Made by a program: the position numbers and the translations under genes
Shown: positions 19,014 through 27,646 of the stretch, in pieces
Position numbering within the stretch: position 1 is the stretch's first letter
How the letters are laid out: the number at the start of each line of letters is the position of its first letter
Assembly (NCBI GenBank): GCA_043779185.1
Contig: JAYWEQ010000156.1
Coordinates: 6,087 to 70,086, forward strand
Source of the DNA: Pseudobdellovibrionaceae bacterium
GTDB lineage: Bacteria > Bdellovibrionota > Bdellovibrionia > Bdellovibrionales > Bdellovibrionaceae
Direction: 5' to 3'
DNA: 64,000 nt
The notes under the pieces: generated by a model
Database searches by the model: none
What the model was told of the DNA's origin: nothing
What the model saw: the letters and a program-made list of their open reading frames with translations, nothing else

Positions 19014-19659
19014 CTTCCCATAATAGTTGAGGGTCAAAATAGGCGGATGCCAGCATTGTGAAAATAACGACAATGGCGAAAAGCAAAGAACCAAGTCCGG
19101 GCTCGACGGCGGTCCATGGACCCAGCTTCATAATGGCGACCAGGACGGCCAATAAAAAAATATCCAGCATCGACCATCGACCCATCGATTCGACAATGTT
19201 GTAAAGTTTGGTGTTAAATTTTGGGTTCCTTCGGCGGGCCGCGCTCGTCAGGTAGAATAAAATAATCAACTTCACAAATGGAATGAACATGCTGGCTAGA
19301 AATACAATCAGAGCGATTGCCAATGAGCCGGATTCGACCAAAGAGACAATCCCTCCCCAAATCGTAGAGCTGTTTCTGCTGCCATAAAGTTCGATAGTCA
19401 TAAATGGAAATAGGTTGGCCGGAATATATAAAATTAAGGCGGTCATTGAAAAAACCAAAGTCAGCTTTGCTGATTTTGGTTTTAGCTTTTCATATTTATG
19501 GCCGCAGCGACGGCAAACAAGTGTTTTTGCGGGGCCTTCAAGACTTGGAATTGGCTGGGAACAAACATGGCAGATTATAAAGTGTTTTGGTGCTTGGGAT
19601 TCGTCCATTTTATTCAGATTAATGCTGTTTACCCTGAACCCGGCGCTGATTACTTTCAA
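18988..19659 (-). CDS. PqiA-like integral membrane protein, single module
   Basis: Zinc-ribbon CHVC...CRRCGH followed by 4 TM helices. 223 aa, about half the size of E. coli PqiA. The start may be ATG 19608. Confidence 0.8.
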   Translation of the reverse strand: MKVISAGFRVNSINLNKMDESQAPKHFIICHVCSQPIPSLEGPAKTLVCRRCGHKYEKLKPKSAKLTLVFSMTALILYIPANLFPFMTIELYGSRNSSTIWGGIVSLVESGSLAIALIVFLASMFIPFVKLIILFYLTSAARRRNPKFNTKLYNIVESMGRWSMLDIFLLAVLVAIMKLGPWTAVEPGLGSLLFAIVVIFTMLASAYFDPQLLWEDENEKLDH

Positions 19660-19909
19660 GTTTATTGATGCGATCAGCCTCGCTTCTTTGCTTCTCTGAT
19701 GTTTTTTGAGCTTTTGCTTTGCCCTTCATTTTAGCTGAGGTTGTTTTTTTCAAGTTCATTTTTCGATGTCCAGGGCTGTGAGCAGGATTTATGGCTTCTT
19801 TTTGAGCCATTTTAGCAAGCCATGCGACCTTATTTTGAAGCTCATTAACAAATTTAAAGAAGCGTGATAGGTTTGATTTATTTTCAATATTTGACATATC
19901 TGTTTCCAT
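19619..19909 (-). CDS. possible small basic protein
   Basis: 96-aa Lys/Arg-rich ORF upstream of pqiA with a weak RBS. It overlaps the longest pqiA ORF. Confidence 0.3.
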   Translation of the reverse strand: METDMSNIENKSNLSRFFKFVNELQNKVAWLAKMAQKEAINPAHSPGHRKMNLKKTTSAKMKGKAKAQKTSEKQRSEADRINKLESNQRRVQGKQH

Positions 19910-19974
19910 TCTTAGTATAAGGCTTATGATTTTGTATCATGGGACGCTGAAGGCAACAAGCCGGCCGCAAGAGA

Positions 19975-19988
19975 TGACAAAATTGTCA
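19975..19988. promoter_or_regulatory. perfect dyad TGACAA-aa-TTGTCA (candidate operator)
   Basis: 14-bp palindrome one nt upstream of the AAGGAG RBS of the cupin gene. The same motif occurs at 42136 and 43016. Confidence 0.4.
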
Positions 19989-20005
19989 CAAGGAGATCTT
20001 AAATC

Positions 20006-20509
20006 TTGAACCAAAGACATTCACAAATAATTAATATATCTGAAGTTGAATCAACGGAATTCGGCAAGGGTCCTTTTGGATTCAAATCAAAAAGATTAGC
20101 GGCTCATGCTGGGGCGCAAGCCATCGCTTGCAACTGGTTCGAATTGGTTCCAGAAAAAACTGCTTTCCCCTTTCATTATCATGCAGGAATTGAGGAAAAT
20201 ATTTTCATCTTAAATGGCACTGGAACTCTTAGAATTGGATCCAAGACAGTTGAGGTTAAACCAGGAGATTATATTTCTTTCCCAGTCGGGCCTGATTTTG
20301 CCCACTCTTTAAAAAATACTGGGCTGATGCCATTGCAGTATTTAGTGATTTCAAACAAAAGTCCTGTCGATGTTGTTGGTTATCCAGATTCAAAAAAGCT
20401 AGCTGTTTTAGCAACTCCAAATGTAAATGAGTGGCCGCCTCACAGCGCATGGGTTAGGTTCATCATTAAAGAACAGCCGTCGGTTGATTACTTCGATGGA
20501 GAAGTTTAG
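20006..20509 (+). CDS. cupin domain protein
   Basis: 167 aa, cupin motifs (FHYHAGIEENIFILNG, GDYISFP). TTG start. Confidence 0.8.
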   Translation: MNQRHSQIINISEVESTEFGKGPFGFKSKRLAAHAGAQAIACNWFELVPEKTAFPFHYHAGIEENIFILNGTGTLRIGSKTVEVKPGDYISFPVGPDFAHSLKNTGLMPLQYLVISNKSPVDVVGYPDSKKLAVLATPNVNEWPPHSAWVRFIIKEQPSVDYFDGEV

Positions 20510-20630
20510 GGTCGTCGATTTGCCCCAACAAAAGTGACATTCTCCCCCGTTTGATCTTCTGCCTTTGATTGATCAGGTGATATCCAGGGGCCCCTGTTTT
20601 GCAGCCAGTAAAAGAATCTGCAACCTTTAG

Positions 20631-21242
20631 ATGGGAGTCTTTATGCAAAATGACAATGTTTCTATTTCAGGAATTAAAGGAATGCTTCATAATTTTAAAA
20701 GGACCTTCGAAGGAGATCCTTTATCTCTGCAAGAAATCCGAAATGGTTTGAAAGAGGATCAGCAAACAAATTCAGATTTTATTGATTTATTAGAAAAACA
20801 TCATGATTACCTTGAAGAATCAGCTTCAGTTTTAACTGATAATGAGGCTTCCTTCGCAGATAAACAGGCTCACTTAGGGCGCTTTATTCACCTTTTAAAT
20901 ATGCATGGCAAAGCTGAGGAAGAAACTTTGTATGTCAGTCTTAGGCTTGCTTCTGAAAAAGAAGCTCGATTAGAGGGACTGGCTGGACAGGATGAGCACG
21001 ATGTCGCATTCCTGCTGGCCAAGCAATTGAAGGCCATGAATTTTGAAATATCATGGTCTGAAGAAATTGATGCTAAAGCAAAGGTCTTAGCCAACCTAGT
21101 TCTAAATCATATTAAGGAAGAGGAAACCGAGATGTTTACAATTGCTGAAAATGCGATTGAACCATTAAAAATGCGTGTCATTTCTGGATTTTATTTAGAA
21201 AAATGTAAGGCCTACCTAGATCAAGAACTGATGGCTTTGTGA
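20631..21242 (+). CDS. hemerythrin-like (HHE cation-binding) domain protein
   Basis: H..YLEE, EEE.LY, EHD and H...EE.E.F spacing typical of hemerythrin-like four-helix bundles. The start could be ATG 20643. Confidence 0.7.
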   Translation: MGVFMQNDNVSISGIKGMLHNFKRTFEGDPLSLQEIRNGLKEDQQTNSDFIDLLEKHHDYLEESASVLTDNEASFADKQAHLGRFIHLLNMHGKAEEETLYVSLRLASEKEARLEGLAGQDEHDVAFLLAKQLKAMNFEISWSEEIDAKAKVLANLVLNHIKEEETEMFTIAENAIEPLKMRVISGFYLEKCKAYLDQELMAL

Positions 21243-21252
21243 CAAAAACGTC

Positions 21253-21888
21253 TTATTTCTTAGGTCTTTCCGCCTTTTGTTTTTCTTGTATAAAGTAGCG
21301 CAAACCTAACAGAGCTCCGTAATGGTCGGCACTTTCGTGCTCTTGGCTGGTGACAGAGCGCGAATATCTTAGGTCGATGACAGCAGCGAAGCGATCGTGG
21401 CTCCAGACTTCAGCCTGCAAAGCGCCATCAAATCCATATTCAGTTTTATCACGAGCCGAAGTTGTGGGCTCGTCGACGCCATGAAAATCACTGTGGGTGA
21501 TCTCGATATCTCCTAAAGAATAGGCTGAGAAAAAAGACAGCGATGTCGATAAATAAGAAGTCAGCCAATAACGGTAGCCCATAGTGACGTGAATCAACTG
21601 GGTTTTTTCAGCCAGATAATTTCCATACCGCTCGCGAAAATAAATTTTATTAAGATAAAATATTCCGATTTCAAGGCTGCCGTGGTCACTAATGTCGCCA
21701 ATAGCCATCAAAGTCAGGCCTGATAAATAAGGAGAAGTGGCGCCAGAAGTTGATCCCGCGAAGCTTGTCTTGTAAAAAAATGGTCCAAAAATCGCCGAAA
21801 CATTGCCTTCTTTGGCAGTATAGGCAAAGGTCTTTCCAGAAATTAGAAAAAACAAAACAATTAATAAAGTCTTTAAAACGCTTAACAT
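21253..21888 (-). CDS. outer-membrane beta-barrel (porin-family-like) protein
   Basis: Signal peptide, alternating hydrophobic beta-strand pattern, aromatic-rich C-terminal strand (LLGLRYF). Confidence 0.6.
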   Translation of the reverse strand: MLSVLKTLLIVLFFLISGKTFAYTAKEGNVSAIFGPFFYKTSFAGSTSGATSPYLSGLTLMAIGDISDHGSLEIGIFYLNKIYFRERYGNYLAEKTQLIHVTMGYRYWLTSYLSTSLSFFSAYSLGDIEITHSDFHGVDEPTTSARDKTEYGFDGALQAEVWSHDRFAAVIDLRYSRSVTSQEHESADHYGALLGLRYFIQEKQKAERPKK

Positions 21889-21944
21889 GAGGCAAGATTA
21901 AGAGCTGGCTCCAAAAATTCAATCAAAATCGAAAAAGGAAACAT

Positions 21945-22895
21945 TTGTCTCACTTTTTTTCAAAGCTAAAGATTTCTAAGTTGAAAAAAATCTCCTTGGG
22001 AGTCTTGATAATTTTATTTTGTCAGCACGGTTTAGCTGCTGGAGCGCCCGACGAGACTTTAGAAGAAAAATTCATTGAGGGCGATATCATAATCTCTGAA
22101 TGGTTTGATGGTATTGCGGATGGCATTGATTTATTTTTAGTAAGAAAAAGAATCACCCATAGAAGAAATGAGACCAACGTCCGATTAACAAATTCGACTT
22201 ATTATACGGAAGTTTCAGGCCTTACGAACTCTCCCAGTATCAGTGTTAATTTGCGTCTTCCGAATGTTGAAGAGTATTGGAATTTAAAGTTTACTAGTTA
22301 TGATGAATCCAAAGATCGTGGAGTGCGCAACAATCAACTTCGCACAACGGCCCCAGAAAAAAATTATGGAGCCACCGTGGGGCTTTTCAAAAAGCTGGGT
22401 GATGTTCGGACATCTTTTCAGCCCCGCATTGAATTGCGGGATCCTTTGAAAGTCGGGCATCTATTAGCTTTTGAAAGTTTAGCTGAATTTAAGACGTACC
22501 GTGTGAATCCACGACTTGAATTTTACGCTAATCCTGACAAGGGAACTGGAATTTTTCAGGCTATAAATTTTAATTTTAGACTCTCAAAAGTTTTTTCGAT
22601 AACACTAGTTAACGAGGCCGAGTATGAAGATAAAAAACATTTATATTCTGTCACTAACGGTGTTTCCTTGGGGCAAAGCGTGACCAAAAAATCTTCGCTG
22701 GCGTATGGCTTTTATATAGGTTCGAATAATCAGCCCAACTATCATTTAGACTCTGAGACACTCGTTGTCAGCTGGGGCCACACCATTTATAATAAAATTC
22801 TTGATTACTCTATATCCCCCCAATTAAGTTTTGTAAGAAATAACAATTTTACGGGGGTGCCGGGAATTTCCTTGGGCATTAATTTAAATTTTTAA
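21945..22895 (+). CDS. hypothetical secreted or outer-membrane protein
   Basis: Signal peptide (LFCQHGLAAGA), beta-rich composition, C-terminal ...GINLNF. TTG start. Confidence 0.5.
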   Translation: MSHFFSKLKISKLKKISLGVLIILFCQHGLAAGAPDETLEEKFIEGDIIISEWFDGIADGIDLFLVRKRITHRRNETNVRLTNSTYYTEVSGLTNSPSISVNLRLPNVEEYWNLKFTSYDESKDRGVRNNQLRTTAPEKNYGATVGLFKKLGDVRTSFQPRIELRDPLKVGHLLAFESLAEFKTYRVNPRLEFYANPDKGTGIFQAINFNFRLSKVFSITLVNEAEYEDKKHLYSVTNGVSLGQSVTKKSSLAYGFYIGSNNQPNYHLDSETLVVSWGHTIYNKILDYSISPQLSFVRNNNFTGVPGISLGINLNF

Positions 22896-22914
22896 ATAGG
22901 AAGGAACTCAACTT

Positions 22915-24180
22915 TTGAAGGACTTATCAGAAAATCTCTTTGAACCATTTAAGTTGGGTCCCTTCCTCTTGGCAAATCGGATTGTAATGGCGCCCCTTAC
23001 TCGTTGCCGGGCCGGGCAAGGGGATACACCAGGACCTTTAAATGCAGAATATTATGTGCAAAGAGCCTCGGCCGGTTTAATCATCAGTGAGGCGACAAAT
23101 ATTTCCCAAGAAGGTAAAGGCTATGCCTTCACGCCGGGAATTTATACGGCTCAGCAGGTTCAAGGATGGCGACTGGTCACAGATGCAGTTCATCAGGCTA
23201 AAGGCTTAATTTTTTGTCAGCTTTGGCATGTTGGAAGAATTTCTCATCCGTCGATGCAGCCCGCACAAAAAACTTATACCGAATCAGGCTTGCAAGACTG
23301 TGTAACTCCTCGTGCCCTCGAAACCCAAGAAATTCCACGGTTGATTGAAGACTATAAAATAGCTGCTAAATGTGCGATGCAGGCGGGCTTTGATGGGGTT
23401 GAAATACATGCAGCTAATGGCTACTTGCTGCAGCAGTTTTTGGGACAGAAAACAAATTTTCGCACGGATCAATACGGCGGAAGCCTAGAAAATCGAGCTC
23501 GACTAGTCCTAGAAATAAGTCAGGCGATCGTAGAAATTTGGGGCGGCGACCGGGTTGGAATTCGCTTTTCACCCGTCAGTCCAGCCAATGATATGTGCGA
23601 AAAGGATACCTTTGGAATGTACTCATATCTTGCGGAAAAACTAAATCCCCTAGATTTGGCTTACGTTCACATTGTTGAAGGTGCGACGGTGGGCGACCGA
23701 AACTTTAATCCCGACTTTGATTTCAAACTTTTGAAGAAAAAATTCCAAGCTCAATATATTGCCAACAATGGATATACTTTGGACTTAGCCCTGCAAGCCC
23801 TGAAAAATCAATCTGCGGATCTGATTTGTTTTGGAAAACCATTTATTTCAAATCCCGATTTAGTCGCACGTTTAAAGACAAAAGCCCCTTTAAATGAATT
23901 AAAAACAGATTTTCTTTATGGCGGAGGGGCCGAAGGCTATACTGACTATCCAGTTCTAAAATCAAAGGATCCTCTGTCTGGAATTACCCTAGAAATGATG
24001 CTTCACCAGCTCGTTGATCACTATGGCTGGGAGGGCCTAGCGCAAGATATTCACATCAACTGTTTTCAATTTGAGCCAAGCATTAATTCGAGCCTTAAGT
24101 TTTTAAGACGAACACCCTGGGCTCGAGGCCAGGTCGAAGAGCTTTTTAAGATTTATTTGCGTCACAAAAAAACAAATTAA
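22915..24180 (+). CDS. Old Yellow Enzyme family NADH:flavin oxidoreductase (NemA-like) with a C-terminal DUF2132/VF530-like extension
   Basis: N-terminal part: MAPLTRCRA, HVGRISHP, EIHAANGYLLQQF and GRPFISNPDL-like motifs. The last ~70 aa (ITLEMMLHQLVDHYGWEGLA...SLKFLRRTPWARGQVEELF) match the VF530 pattern. Confidence 0.9.
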   Translation: MKDLSENLFEPFKLGPFLLANRIVMAPLTRCRAGQGDTPGPLNAEYYVQRASAGLIISEATNISQEGKGYAFTPGIYTAQQVQGWRLVTDAVHQAKGLIFCQLWHVGRISHPSMQPAQKTYTESGLQDCVTPRALETQEIPRLIEDYKIAAKCAMQAGFDGVEIHAANGYLLQQFLGQKTNFRTDQYGGSLENRARLVLEISQAIVEIWGGDRVGIRFSPVSPANDMCEKDTFGMYSYLAEKLNPLDLAYVHIVEGATVGDRNFNPDFDFKLLKKKFQAQYIANNGYTLDLALQALKNQSADLICFGKPFISNPDLVARLKTKAPLNELKTDFLYGGGAEGYTDYPVLKSKDPLSGITLEMMLHQLVDHYGWEGLAQDIHINCFQFEPSINSSLKFLRRTPWARGQVEELFKIYLRHKKTN

Positions 24181-24231
24181 CATCTACAGTTTAAGAGGTA
24201 AGATGTCAGCTACAAACCCGAGGGAGACCCA

Positions 24232-24738
24232 ATGTTATATGAAGTGACGATTCCACAGTTTTCTAAAATGCTCCTGAATCTAAATGTAATTTTAGATAAA
24301 GCAGCAAAACACGCGGAAGCTAAAAAGTTCGAGGTCGATATCTTACTCAATTCCCGCTTGGCTCCTGATCAGTTCAACTTGATTCGCCAAGTTCAGATTG
24401 CTTGTGATACGGCTAAACTTGCGGCCTCAAGGCTAACGGGAAAAGATGCACCGGTTCATGAAGATAATGAAAAGACTCTTTCAGATTTGCGAGCCCGCAT
24501 TCAGCAGACGGTGTCCTACTTAAATAACTTCACGGCCAAAGATTTCGAAGGCGCAGAAGAAAAAAGAATCACCCAGCCGCGCTGGGAGGGAAAATATCTT
24601 TTAGGGTTCGAGTTCGCAAATCAACATGCGTTGCCTAATTTATATTTTCATATCACAACCGCTTATGCTATTTTGCGCCACAACGGCGTCGATGTAGGTA
24701 AAAAAGATTACTTGGGCGAAATGCACTATAAAAAATAA
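24232..24738 (+). CDS. DUF1993 domain protein
   Basis: 168 aa. Matches the family pattern as I recall it: N-terminal ...IPQF.KML.NL..IL.KA and C-terminal PNLYFH.TTAYAILR..GV..GK.DY. Confidence 0.8.
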   Translation: MLYEVTIPQFSKMLLNLNVILDKAAKHAEAKKFEVDILLNSRLAPDQFNLIRQVQIACDTAKLAASRLTGKDAPVHEDNEKTLSDLRARIQQTVSYLNNFTAKDFEGAEEKRITQPRWEGKYLLGFEFANQHALPNLYFHITTAYAILRHNGVDVGKKDYLGEMHYKK

Positions 24739-24750
24739 ATTCTTTTATAG

Positions 24751-24787
24751 GCTGGCTTGATTTAAAAGCCAGCTGATCCCTTTTTTG
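24751..24787 (+). terminator. rho-independent terminator
   Basis: gctggctt / aagccagc 8-bp stem, 7-nt loop, with a T6 run shortly downstream. Confidence 0.6.
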
Positions 24788-24905
24788 ACAGATTTCCCAC
24801 TTTTCTGACAATGGAAGCATTAACTGCTTTTGTATTTTTCATGTTTAATCCCCTCATTGAAGCAAATTAAAAATTCGCGATGATGCGACAATGAAGGAGA
24901 ATAAA

Positions 24906-25409
24906 ATGAAAAAGACAATCGTAGGTTTATTGATGATCCTTGTTTCCACTGGACTTACAGCTCAGGCGGCTGAGACCAATGAGTTAAAGCAACCTTTGTT
25001 TGAATGTGCGCTGACTTTTAAAGCCCATGGCGGTGGAATTCAGCTGATTGTCGGTTCTTTTAAATTACAAGGTCCGGGAAAAATTCATTGCCGTGATATC
25101 GCAGGAAACGAGCAAGAGATGAATGTTAAAGTCACGTTGGGTGGTTCTCCGGTCGCTCCAAATATTGCTTTTGGAACTTTTAAAGTGGCGGCTGTGGCCT
25201 CTGGGATTGGTGTTGCTTCTGGTCCAGAAGCTTTATTGGGAACCTATTATACAGCAGGTGGGCGCGCCGCTTTTATTATTGGCGCAGGAACAAACTTAGC
25301 CGTGCATGGTGGGTCTGAAGCCTTAACCTTGAACTTGGGTCTTAGTCTTGAAAAGGGTGTTGGACTTCAAGTTGGTTTAAATCGAATGAAAATTGAGGCC
25401 GCTCAATAA
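24906..25409 (+). CDS. secreted Gly-rich protein (tentatively DUF992-like)
   Basis: The ATG at 24906 is preceded by GAAGGAG. Signal peptide, two Cys, G-rich segments. The DUF992 assignment is from memory only. Confidence 0.5.
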   Translation: MKKTIVGLLMILVSTGLTAQAAETNELKQPLFECALTFKAHGGGIQLIVGSFKLQGPGKIHCRDIAGNEQEMNVKVTLGGSPVAPNIAFGTFKVAAVASGIGVASGPEALLGTYYTAGGRAAFIIGAGTNLAVHGGSEALTLNLGLSLEKGVGLQVGLNRMKIEAAQ

Positions 25410-25503
25410 ATAAAAATACAAAGAAGAATAAAAGACTCAGCCGCAGGGATGCGGCCAGAGTTTTTGTCGTGACAAGGACTTTTTTTTTAATAGACTTGCC
25501 AGT

Positions 25504-26082
25504 ATGGCTCAGAAAAAATCTCAGACATCAAAAGACGAAAATTACTGGGCGGTTTTTGAAGCTGTGATTCGATTGGACTTTCAAAAGGGATCAATGTCCT
25601 GGAAAATATCTGATATTGCCCGCGCCTCTAAAGTTTCTCGAACTCTTATTTATTATTACTTTGGAAACTCTAAAGAGCATATCATGCAAACGGCGATTGA
25701 TTTTTTGGGCGAAGAATATTTTGGCCTCAGTCATGCTCGAAAATCATTATGGCAAGACGGGCAAATTTTTGAAAGTCTGCTTGAAACCCGCAGGATGTGT
25801 CAGAGGGCTCCGTTTGTTCATTTTTTTTATATGACCCGGCGACATATGCAGAACCCCATCGGCGAACAGCTTCGAGAATTTGAAAAGCGCTTTCGACAAA
25901 AAATTTCAAAAGCCTACCCAAGAGCAACAAAGGAAGAAATTGAAGCGTTGGCGGCAGTTATTTTTGGTCTGGTCGCATCTCCTGACCTGAGCGAGATCGG
26001 CTTAAAAGTAGCCTTGAATATCATTAAAAGAAATTTAGAAATCAAAACTATAGATAGCACCAGCGCTGAGGGCCGTTCCTAG
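25504..26082 (+). CDS. TetR/AcrR family transcriptional regulator
   Basis: N-terminal HTH (ISDIARASKVSRTLIYYYFGNSKEHI). Confidence 0.85.
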   Translation: MAQKKSQTSKDENYWAVFEAVIRLDFQKGSMSWKISDIARASKVSRTLIYYYFGNSKEHIMQTAIDFLGEEYFGLSHARKSLWQDGQIFESLLETRRMCQRAPFVHFFYMTRRHMQNPIGEQLREFEKRFRQKISKAYPRATKEEIEALAAVIFGLVASPDLSEIGLKVALNIIKRNLEIKTIDSTSAEGRS

Positions 26083-26355
26083 GGCATCAGCGATCAAATC
26101 TCCTTCGGAGGGCTTTTTGTCATAAGCATACTCTTTGGCAAAGCCGACGGACATGGTCACCAAACTTCCGTACAAAATGGATTCCCACTTAGAATACTGA
26201 TGCTTTTCAAAAATCAAAGTTGACGTCATGGCCAAGCCATAACTGACAGCCAGATGGGCTTGTTGATCGACTTTTCGAAGATCAAACTCATCGTCATAAG
26301 CATGTCCCAAAATAGGAATTAGACATATAATGCCCATCACCCAAAGATTTTTCAT
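26035..26355 (-). CDS. small secreted or membrane protein
   Basis: The internal ATG at 26355 gives a signal-like N-terminus (MKNLWVMGIICLIPILGHA). No clear SD. The 3' end overlaps the TetR gene by 48 nt. Confidence 0.4.
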   Translation of the reverse strand: MKNLWVMGIICLIPILGHAYDDEFDLRKVDQQAHLAVSYGLAMTSTLIFEKHQYSKWESILYGSLVTMSVGFAKEYAYDKKPSEGDLIADALGTALSAGAIYSFDF

Positions 26356-26646
26356 TCTATAAATATAGTCCAAATTTATAACTTTATAAAAGGAGGGATT
26401 GATCAAATGGTCGACGTTTGAGGATAAATAGAAGGGATTTCGGTCCACCGACCCTCGACTTCAAGCCTTTCATATAACAATTCATTGAAAATTTGCTTTT
26501 ATCAAAATCTGCCTATATCCTTTATATATCAAGTTCGAACCACCCGAATCGTGGGTGAGGTTCTGTCAGTCTCAAGATTTCGATTCTGTTCTGTCTCTGT
26601 CTGGTAAGTGATTGGTTCTTTTGGCCTTCAAACTGGGAGATGAGCA

Positions 26647-27117
26647 ATGGGTATTCAAGTCGTTTCGTTTCACTGTGTTCTGAAAAATAAATTGGGCCGA
26701 ATCATCAGCTCGACTTTCAATCAAAATGTGATGACCGATGGTCCCCGCGATGCAGACACTCTGACAGCTTTAGTGGAAGGTCTTCAGGGCCTTGAAAAAG
26801 GCGAAAAGCGTAAAATTAGTTTAAGGGCAGACCAGGCCTATGGTTTTTATAATCCAAAGCTGGTGATGACCTGCCCTTTGGAAGAAATGATCGCCGAAAC
26901 CCCTATAAAATTGGGCGAAAACGTCACCTATGTAAAAAATGGAAAACGAACTTCTTACCGAGTTATAGGCTTAACAACGGATTCCGTGACGCTGGATGCC
27001 AACCACCCTTTAGCTGGGCAAGATTTGGTCTTTGAGATCGAAGCTACCGAGGCTCGGGCGGCGACCCTTGAAGAGCTTGGTTGCATCGAAGTCGACACTG
27101 GTGCTCGTTTCCACTGA
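26647..27117 (+). CDS. FKBP-type peptidyl-prolyl isomerase (SlyD-like, no His tail)
   Basis: DANHPLAGQDLVFEIEATEARAAT is the SlyD-type FKBP signature. RBS gggaga. Confidence 0.85.
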   Translation: MGIQVVSFHCVLKNKLGRIISSTFNQNVMTDGPRDADTLTALVEGLQGLEKGEKRKISLRADQAYGFYNPKLVMTCPLEEMIAETPIKLGENVTYVKNGKRTSYRVIGLTTDSVTLDANHPLAGQDLVFEIEATEARAATLEELGCIEVDTGARFH

Positions 27118-27238
27118 AGCACCTAGATTTTTAAAAAAGAATGTGTATACTGCGCGCAAGTTGAACTGCTTGTTTCGAGTGTGAGGGTAATTGTTCCGAT
27201 AGCCTCAGAGACGGCGCCCCTGGCCTTTGGAGGTTATT

Positions 27239-27577
27239 ATGGGAAAGAAATTGTACGTAGGAAATATTCCTTATTCAGCAACAGAGCAAGTGCTCGTGGA
27301 CACATTCGCAGAATGTGGAACTGTTGAATCAGCAAAAATCATCACTGACCGTGATTCTGGACGCAGCAAAGGTTTCGCCTTTGTTGAAATGTCTAATGAT
27401 ACTGAGGCTCAAGAAGCTATCAATAAATTCAACGGTGCAGACTGGGACGGTCGTCCTATGACTGTTAACGAAGCAAAACCAATGGCTCCTCGCGAAGGCG
27501 GCGGCGGCGGCGGACGTTCTGGTGGTGGTGGATTCGGTGGCGGCGGTCGCGGTGGCGGTGGCGGCGGACGTTACTAA
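27239..27577 (+). CDS. RRM-type RNA-binding protein with Gly/Arg-rich tail
   Basis: RNP-2 (LYVGNI), RNP-1 (KGFAFVEM), C-terminal GGGGGRSGGGGFGGGGRGGGGGGRY. GGAGG RBS before ATG 27239. Confidence 0.9.
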   Translation: MGKKLYVGNIPYSATEQVLVDTFAECGTVESAKIITDRDSGRSKGFAFVEMSNDTEAQEAINKFNGADWDGRPMTVNEAKPMAPREGGGGGGRSGGGGFGGGGRGGGGGGRY

Positions 27578-27616
27578 TTAGTAACTGAACCGAAATTTAA
27601 TCTAAAAGTTAAATGT

Positions 27617-27646
27617 AAAAAATCAGCTCAAAAGGCTGATTTTTTA
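27617..27646. terminator. bidirectional hairpin terminator
   Basis: aaaaaatcagc-tcaaaag-gctgatttttt, a perfect stem flanked by A- and T-runs. It lies between convergent genes. Confidence 0.75.

Noticed and set aside
20588-20603. Sigma-54-like GGGCCC-ctgtt-TTGCA upstream of the hemerythrin-like gene.
   Set aside because: The spacing and the -12 box are right, but the -24 box matches only GGC-C. It is too weak to call without a genome-wide PWM ranking.
26520-26550. tRNA T-arm-like string (agttcgaaccaccc) in the intergenic region before the SlyD-like gene.
   Set aside because: The upstream sequence is AT-rich, with no acceptor, D or anticodon stems, so no cloverleaf can be drawn.
27478-27570. 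GGC/GGT-rich simple repeat, considered as a phase-variable tract.
   Set aside because: It encodes the Gly/Arg tail of the RRM protein. Trinucleotide units would change length, not frame, and there is no homopolymeric tract.
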